A DNA stretch of 64,000 bases from an uncultured Bdellovibrionales bacterium (GTDB taxonomy: Bacteria > Patescibacteriota > Minisyncoccia > Moranbacterales > UBA2206): NCBI GenBank assembly GCA_964387895.1, contig CAYLWX010000004.1, forward strand, positions 5,303 through 69,302, in the 5' to 3' direction. Below, one piece after another: positions 58,627-64,000 of this stretch. The notes below the pieces were generated by a model. That model saw only the letters and a program-made list of their open reading frames with translations, had not been told where the DNA came from and searched no databases. A program made the position numbers and the translations under genes. The stretch's first letter is position 1, and each line of letters opens with the position of its first letter.

Positions 58627-59782
58627 GTTTTGAAACCTTATCCACCAACTGTATAAATTTATCGAGCTCAAGTATCTCAATGCTGCGGTTTTTAGGATAA
58701 TCTTTTTGCAGTTTTTTCGGAATTATCAGAGATACATTGGCTTTGCGCATATCTTCAAGCTGCCTGCCTGATATTGATGGTTGAAGTGTCAGGATATATT
58801 TCTTTTTTATCTTTATTCCTTCATTTAATACCTGCCGCCATCTATCCTTGCATGTTGTTTTCAGTCCCACTATAAAAATCTTTTCTTTTTGGTAACTATT
58901 ATCATAATAAGCCTTTTCATCCGGAATAATTATATCAGGACACCCATCTATTTTTGGTTGCATTTTATGGGGTATATTGGAATTCTGCAATATATAATCC
59001 ACATGATTTTCAAGAGACCTGCCCGCTCTTGATTTTCTTCTGTTCATTATACTGGCAGCAGTTTTAAGAAAATCATCAATATCCCTGAATACTCTCGCAA
59101 TTTCCGCATGACAAATTTGTCTTTCTGCGTATTGAAAAAGCTGATATTCTGTCTGGTAATACTTTAATAACGCATCATCAGGAGAAAGCTCAGAAAAATT
59201 CTTATAACAGTTTAAAAGGATTTCTCTTGTTTTCTTTGAAAAATCACTTCCACTGGGAAAAGACGTGAGATCTTTTATAAATCCAAGTATTTTTTTCTCG
59301 ATACACTCATTTTCTCCTTCAATTACCGGCTTTCCATTGTCGTAAACAGCCCAATGTTCAAAAGGAGATACTCCAAGTGCAGTAATAATTTCGTCTATGT
59401 CATCATCGTCATCAAGAACATACGCAAAAAATTCGCTGGTGGACTTTGGAATTATTACCAATAAATCCCCCACTGTATCTGGTATCAAATAAGAAAAATC
59501 TTTACCAAAGCATGTCAACCTGTATTCATGTCTTGTCTCTTTTCCATACCATTTGATTTTCGATCTTGTAACTCTGTCCGGCCATATTATTCTGACTTCA
59601 TGATCTCTGTTTTCTCCTTTTTTTGGAGCATATGGAGTATACATACTCCATGCAGAAAAAGGCATATAGAAACCGCACTGATGACTTCCAGTGATTCCCA
59701 CGTCATTAGGCGAAATGAATTTCATTATCGCCTTTCCATACCTTAATGCATCTTCAACAGCTTGTTCTTTAAAAACAGACAT
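58619..59782 (-). CDS. EcoRII-like type II restriction endonuclease
   Basis: N-domain KFISPNDVG.TGSHQ.GFY; catalytic NRRKSRAGRSLENH, PD..IP, KTTCKDRWRQVLNE. Confidence 0.9.
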   Translation of the reverse strand: MSVFKEQAVEDALRYGKAIMKFISPNDVGITGSHQCGFYMPFSAWSMYTPYAPKKGENRDHEVRIIWPDRVTRSKIKWYGKETRHEYRLTCFGKDFSYLIPDTVGDLLVIIPKSTSEFFAYVLDDDDDIDEIITALGVSPFEHWAVYDNGKPVIEGENECIEKKILGFIKDLTSFPSGSDFSKKTREILLNCYKNFSELSPDDALLKYYQTEYQLFQYAERQICHAEIARVFRDIDDFLKTAASIMNRRKSRAGRSLENHVDYILQNSNIPHKMQPKIDGCPDIIIPDEKAYYDNSYQKEKIFIVGLKTTCKDRWRQVLNEGIKIKKKYILTLQPSISGRQLEDMRKANVSLIIPKKLQKDYPKNRSIEILELDKFIQLVDKVSKHD

Positions 59783-59792
59783 ACTATTTTAA

Positions 59793-60869
59793 TTATATTC
59801 TCTTTCTTTTCTTAAATTTTTCGAAGGTTTTCAGGATATTCTGTCCAACAGACTCTATCGCAGGCACAACAACAGCATTACCAAACTGCTTGTATGCCTG
59901 TGTATCGGATACTACCAGTTGAAGCTTGTCAGGAAACCCCATCAGTCTTGCACATTCTCTGGGAGTCAGACGACGAGGAGGATTATTCTTTTGCTTTATT
60001 AAAATCTCAGACCCATCTTTATAATACCTCGCACTTAACGTTCGAGTTATTCCCTCAGTATTTGCCATTCCAAATCCAAATCCATTCCCCTTTGCCTTGT
60101 GTTTCTCAGCATACTTCTGAAGATAATCCCACATATGTTCTGTTAAAGTATATTTTTTTTCAGGTTTATTTTCAAGTATGTTCTTCAGTTTTGGCCGAAT
60201 ATTAACAGGCTTATCCGGAAATTTAAAATCGGGGTTATCTCCAAATCTTCTCTTGTCAAAACAAATTATAAATACTCTTTCTCTATGTTGCGGTACCCAG
60301 GAGGCGGCATCATATACCATGGAAAAGACAATGTAATCCATTTCTTTAAGCGTACTTTGAATGATTCCCCAGGTTCTTCCCCCATTATGAGACTGGAGAT
60401 TTTTTACATTCTCAAGAAACAAAATAGGTGGCCTTTTTGCCTGAATAATTGTTGCCAGAGAAAAGAAAAGATTGCCCTGTTTCTCGTCCTTGAATCCGTG
60501 CGCTCTTCCAAGACTCTTTTTCTTTGACACTCCTGCAATGGAAAAAGGCTGACATGGAAATCCTGCAGCAAGAATATCATGATCCGGGATACTCGCTGGA
60601 TTTATCTTTCTGATGTCTCCTTCTGGCATATCTCCAAACCATGCCTTGTAGGTTTTCTGAGCATATTTATCCCACTCAGAAGTAAAAACGCACTGACCTC
60701 CAAGCTTTTCAAATGCAATCCTGAACCCTCCTATTCCTGCAAACAAGTCAATAAAAGTAAATTTTTTTTTATCCTTTATATTTTTCATATGTTCACTATA
60801 CCAGTGACTTTCATCTTCCCTGCTTATCCAACTCCGATAAGTTATTAACGAAATCTGGTGACTGGACAT
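59793..60869 (-). CDS. dcm: C5 DNA cytosine methyltransferase, Dcm/M.EcoRII type
   Basis: FIDLFAGIGG, GFPCQPFS, ENV, PQHRER, TLSARYYKDGSEIL (Dcm-type TRD), QFGNAV. Start may be 60788. Confidence 0.93.
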   Translation of the reverse strand: MSSHQISLITYRSWISREDESHWYSEHMKNIKDKKKFTFIDLFAGIGGFRIAFEKLGGQCVFTSEWDKYAQKTYKAWFGDMPEGDIRKINPASIPDHDILAAGFPCQPFSIAGVSKKKSLGRAHGFKDEKQGNLFFSLATIIQAKRPPILFLENVKNLQSHNGGRTWGIIQSTLKEMDYIVFSMVYDAASWVPQHRERVFIICFDKRRFGDNPDFKFPDKPVNIRPKLKNILENKPEKKYTLTEHMWDYLQKYAEKHKAKGNGFGFGMANTEGITRTLSARYYKDGSEILIKQKNNPPRRLTPRECARLMGFPDKLQLVVSDTQAYKQFGNAVVVPAIESVGQNILKTFEKFKKRKRI

Positions 60870-60936
60870 AATTTTAACTTGTGGAAGAGATATACTAAAT
60901 TTAGCATAAGACTTCCATTTGCTCCAGGTTTTATTT

Positions 60937-61575
60937 TTATCTTGTCTTGCTCAAATTCAAAATCACCTTCCCCTCAAAACACATCTCCGGATAAATAGGG
61001 ATATTTTTATAATTCGGGTTTTCCGGTTTCAGGTATGTTTTTTTATTTTCAGCGACAAATCTTTTTACTGTGGTGCCGTCCTCATATCTGGCTACCACAA
61101 TGTCCCCCGACTTATATTCCTTCGTTTTCTTCACTAAAAGCATATCCCCGTCATCAATACCGGCATTGATCATGGAATCCCCGTAGACTTTAATGATAAA
61201 CACTTCTTCCTGCAGTTCATCTATCCTTTCATTTTCCATAACCTCATTGCGAAGCGTTTCCCATTTTACAAAAACCTCTTCAAAAGATTCCACATACGGC
61301 CCGCAGGAACTCGCTCCTGCCACCGGAATCAGTTTTTTCTTTCCCAGCACCCTTAGTCCCAACGGCAGAATTTTTATGCTCCGAGCCTGTCCTTCTTCGC
61401 GTTTTATGTAGCCGTTTCTCTCCAGCGCTTCAAGAAAATTCAACACCGACTGATTGGAAGAAACATTCAGTGCTGCCCGAAGGTCGGCCAGACTTGGCGG
61501 AAAACCTTCCGTTGCGATGCAGTGATAAATTATTTCCAGGACTTTTTTTTGTTTTGGAGTAATCGCCGAGTGCAT
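60937..61575 (-). CDS. lexA: LexA-family repressor
   Basis: T.KQK.VL, GFPPS...L, LERNGYI.R...ARSI; S24 peptidase GDSM...TVKRF; putative Cys-Gly scissile bond (SSCG). Confidence 0.85.
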   Translation of the reverse strand: MHSAITPKQKKVLEIIYHCIATEGFPPSLADLRAALNVSSNQSVLNFLEALERNGYIKREEGQARSIKILPLGLRVLGKKKLIPVAGASSCGPYVESFEEVFVKWETLRNEVMENERIDELQEEVFIIKVYGDSMINAGIDDGDMLLVKKTKEYKSGDIVVARYEDGTTVKRFVAENKKTYLKPENPNYKNIPIYPEMCFEGKVILNLSKTR

Positions 61576-61581
61576 GCCTTT

Positions 61582-61609
61582 ATTATATGTGACTAAATAG
61601 TCTAGTCAA
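61582..61609 (-). promoter_or_regulatory. lexA promoter with palindromic operator
   Basis: TTGACT, 16 bp, TATAAT, 6 nt, ATG; TGACTA-N7-TAGTCA at 61590-61608 overlaps the -35 and spacer. Confidence 0.65.
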
Positions 61610-61618
61610 TATTGAACC

Positions 61619-61627
61619 TGTGGATAA
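61619..61627 (-). promoter_or_regulatory. consensus DnaA box
   Basis: TGTGGATAA in the divergent region upstream of lexA. Confidence 0.45.
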
Positions 61628-61704
61628 CTGTAAATAAAAACTTCTTTCTTTATGCCAAGCCGGCCTTTATACTAAAATCAAGATAAATTCATTAACAAAA
61701 CAAT

Positions 61705-61914
61705 ATGCGCCCCATCAAAATTGCTCAGGAATGGGATTTCATAGTCAATGAAACCCACCGCGAGCAGCCGGACAAAAAAACTGCACTAAAAAGAGAGCTT
61801 TTGTTCGCTCTCCAGATTTTATTGGGTCAAATTGAATCCGCCGTAAAGTCCGGACAAGCAAACTTTTTCAGCAACAATTATTTTTTGGTAAAAGAAAAAT
61901 ACTTGTCTTTATAA
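61705..61914 (+). CDS. small hypothetical protein
   Basis: 69 aa ORF filling the gap, convergent with the next gene. Confidence 0.5.
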   Translation: MRPIKIAQEWDFIVNETHREQPDKKTALKRELLFALQILLGQIESAVKSGQANFFSNNYFLVKEKYLSL

Positions 61915-61920
61915 TCCCCC

Positions 61921-63162
61921 CTACTTCAACAATCTCTCATAATTATCCGCCCAGTATAAAACTTTTCCGCCGTAATTTACTCCCTTGCCGTCGCAATAGT
62001 TGGCCCAGTTGCCTCCGGCGAGATAGATACAGTAGGCTTTAGCTTCCGCGTTTCGTTTGTGGTCGGTGACACCGCTTACTTTGGAGAGTTTCAGCGCCAT
62101 GGCTACGACTCCGTCCGTCAGACTCCACGGATCCGGAGGGTTATGCCCGGTCACACTCGCGATGGAGTTTCTATATCCAAGCCACGTATCCGGCATAAAT
62201 TGTCCTACCCCCATAGCTCCTCCCGTACCTTTATACCCGGACGGCGGACAGGAGACTTTCAGTTTAGTAAAATCATATTTCAAGCTCTTGGCAATCTCTT
62301 TAAAATCCGCGAGCCGCGCGCCGCTCATGCGGCTTTGTTTATAATTACACCCGCCGGTGTATCGTCCTAAATTAGACTCCACGACAAGCACTCCAAGCAG
62401 GTAATCTTTTCTTATACCCGTAACACGGCTTGCAAATTCCGCCGCGTCAACGATATTTTTATAGCTTACCGCGCTTCCCAGGAGGCTGGTCAGTTCTTTT
62501 TTCAACTTATCTATTTTGGCATTTAATTCTTCCAAAGTAGATTGCGCCTCATAAATATCCGTTTTTATTTCATACTGTTCCCCCTTTTGAATGGTCAAAA
62601 GTTTTTCGTGATCGCTTTTTTTGCCTGCCAGGTCTTCCTTCACTTCTTCCATTTCAGTTTTAGATCCATGAAGAGTATACAACGCTTCCAGCACCTTCTC
62701 TTCCGCGCTAAGCGTACGATTAAAGTTATCATACAAACGGCTAAGATCATCGGGAGCGGCAACGAGTTTTATAAGCGGATCTTCATGATCACTGTAGTAT
62801 ATTTCACGAATATACTCGCTAAGCATCTTTTTGGTAAACTCGATCTTTTTTAAAGAACTTTGCAGCTCCATTTCTTTTCGCTTAATATCGGCTTCCGTTT
62901 CTTTAAGCAAGCCCCGGGTCTGGTTTACCTGAACCTGGGTTTTTGATAGCAGATTCCTGCTTTGCTCCAATTGTTTCTGGGTTTTTGCCTTTTTTTTCTC
63001 TATAGCCTCTATTTGATCCTCCAGCTTGTCCTGCTTTTCTTCAATGTTATCCGAAGAAACAGTTTCTGCCGCATGTAAAATAAAACTTCCCCGGTAAAAA
63101 AGAAAGAGGGAAAGAAGAATTATTATGGTTATTAAAAATTTTGATGATTTATACAATAACAT
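61921..63162 (-). CDS. coiled-coil lytic murein transglycosylase (MltB/SLT_2-like)
   Basis: Signal/TM, long coiled coil, VVESNLG (catalytic Glu), GAMGVGQFMPDTW, DPW. Confidence 0.85.
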   Translation of the reverse strand: MLLYKSSKFLITIIILLSLFLFYRGSFILHAAETVSSDNIEEKQDKLEDQIEAIEKKKAKTQKQLEQSRNLLSKTQVQVNQTRGLLKETEADIKRKEMELQSSLKKIEFTKKMLSEYIREIYYSDHEDPLIKLVAAPDDLSRLYDNFNRTLSAEEKVLEALYTLHGSKTEMEEVKEDLAGKKSDHEKLLTIQKGEQYEIKTDIYEAQSTLEELNAKIDKLKKELTSLLGSAVSYKNIVDAAEFASRVTGIRKDYLLGVLVVESNLGRYTGGCNYKQSRMSGARLADFKEIAKSLKYDFTKLKVSCPPSGYKGTGGAMGVGQFMPDTWLGYRNSIASVTGHNPPDPWSLTDGVVAMALKLSKVSGVTDHKRNAEAKAYCIYLAGGNWANYCDGKGVNYGGKVLYWADNYERLLK

Positions 63163-63181
63163 AGTACGGCTACATAATTCA

Positions 63182-63209
63182 TGTCATTCCCATGTAGACG
63201 GTAATGACA
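63182..63209. repeat. family A single collapsed palindrome
   Basis: TGTCATTCCCATGTAGACGGTAATGACA. Confidence 0.7.
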
Positions 63210-63266
63210 AATTTTAATTTTTGCCTTTAGACTTAATTTAGACTTTTGCTTCTATTATACCACAAA

Positions 63267-63296
63267 TAAAAAATCCCGATTTCTCGGGATTTTTTT
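63267..63296 (-). terminator. intrinsic terminator after rplY
   Basis: AAAAAATCCCGA-TTTC-TCGGGATTTTTT. Confidence 0.85.
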
Positions 63297-63313
63297 GCTT
63301 TCTTCTGACTTCT

Positions 63314-63994
63314 TTATTCTTTCTTCTCTTCTCCTTCCGGAGCAGTTTCTGCTTGTTTTACTACTCCCTCGACTTTTGTCACGTCAGCTTCCACCTTTTG
63401 CTCCAATGCTTCCATTTCCTGCTCTGATCGAGGAGGAGCCACTAAAGCGATTACGGTCTCAGGATCAAGCGCCACTTCCACTCCTTTCGGAATCGACAAG
63501 TCTCTTACTAAAATATGGTCTTCGAATGTTTTTATCCTGGAAATATCCACCTTAATATCCGAAGGAATATCTCCCGGCAAACACTTAATTTCCAGTTTGT
63601 CCACACTTTTCACTAATACTCCGCCTGCCTCCTTCACGGCCGGAGATTCTCCCATAAACGAAAGTTCCACTTCCGTTTCAATTTTTTCATCCATTCTTAC
63701 CTCGAAAAAATCAACATGAATGTAATTTCCGCTTATCGGATCTCTCTGCATTTCCTGGATGATTACGTTTCTGTTGCCGCTATCTTCCAGGGATAAATCA
63801 ATCAGCGAATTTTCTCCGGATTTTTTGATTAGCCTCTTTAATTCCAACATATCCACCCACAGATTTTGAGAAGAAGAATTATTTCCATATATTACTGCCG
63901 GCACTCTTCCTTCCTTTCTGCCTCGGTTCACTTTTTTCCCCAGCTCTTGTCTTACCTTTGCATAAAGATTTACTTTGTCCATATGATTATACAT
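63314..63994 (-). CDS. rplY: 50S ribosomal protein L25 (CTC type)
   Basis: R.EGRVPAVIYG, Q.DP...IHVDF, PAVKEAGG.L, CLP.DIP. Start may be 63982. Confidence 0.95.
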   Translation of the reverse strand: MYNHMDKVNLYAKVRQELGKKVNRGRKEGRVPAVIYGNNSSSQNLWVDMLELKRLIKKSGENSLIDLSLEDSGNRNVIIQEMQRDPISGNYIHVDFFEVRMDEKIETEVELSFMGESPAVKEAGGVLVKSVDKLEIKCLPGDIPSDIKVDISRIKTFEDHILVRDLSIPKGVEVALDPETVIALVAPPRSEQEMEALEQKVEADVTKVEGVVKQAETAPEGEEKKE

Positions 63995-64000
63995 TAAAAG

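Noticed and set aside
56597-61575. Prophage (LexA/CI-like repressor)
   Set aside because: No integrase, structural or replication genes; neighbours are R-M genes.

Overview
Gene-dense bacterial chromosome segment, mostly on the minus strand. It looks like a Patescibacteria/CPR (Parcubacteria-type) genome; this is inferred from the DUF5663-like and other CPR-typical genes, the weak Shine-Dalgarno usage and the many glycosyltransferases. Layout: (1) 0-34.5 kb is a large, partly AT-rich surface-glycan locus (GT2/GT4, GT-C-like membrane proteins, nucleotide-sugar enzymes, ATP-grasp/HAD/HD, double methyltransferase, B12-radical SAM, flippase, UDP-GlcA decarboxylase, orphan Wzt). It is interrupted by an ATPase-wHTH-nuclease gene, HEPN-MNT and AbiE toxin-antitoxin pairs, and a SpoIID-like hydrolase with a Tyr/Lys-periodic domain. 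(2) 34.7-42.1 kb is an operon of uncharacterised proteins (782 aa, 1270 aa with Gly/Ala-rich hydrophobic segments, DUF5663-like, 148 aa) containing an inverted-repeat-bounded GxxExxY nuclease cassette. (3) 42.3-53.2 kb holds two ArnT/PMT-like GTs, ftsQ-like, holB, two GT4, mreB and murA. (4) 53.4-64 kb holds a secreted lipase-like protein, a SWIM/Abi-alpha-like/vsr/EcoRII-like/dcm/LexA-like island, a coiled-coil lytic transglycosylase and rplY. The most striking non-genic signal is four unrelated palindromic repeat families (REP-doublet/MITE-like, CIR-like, heptamer hairpins, GxxExxY flanks). Some are nested and some supply the ends of coding sequences. No rRNA, tRNA or CRISPR array was recognised. 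All family assignments are by eye from motifs; no searches were run.
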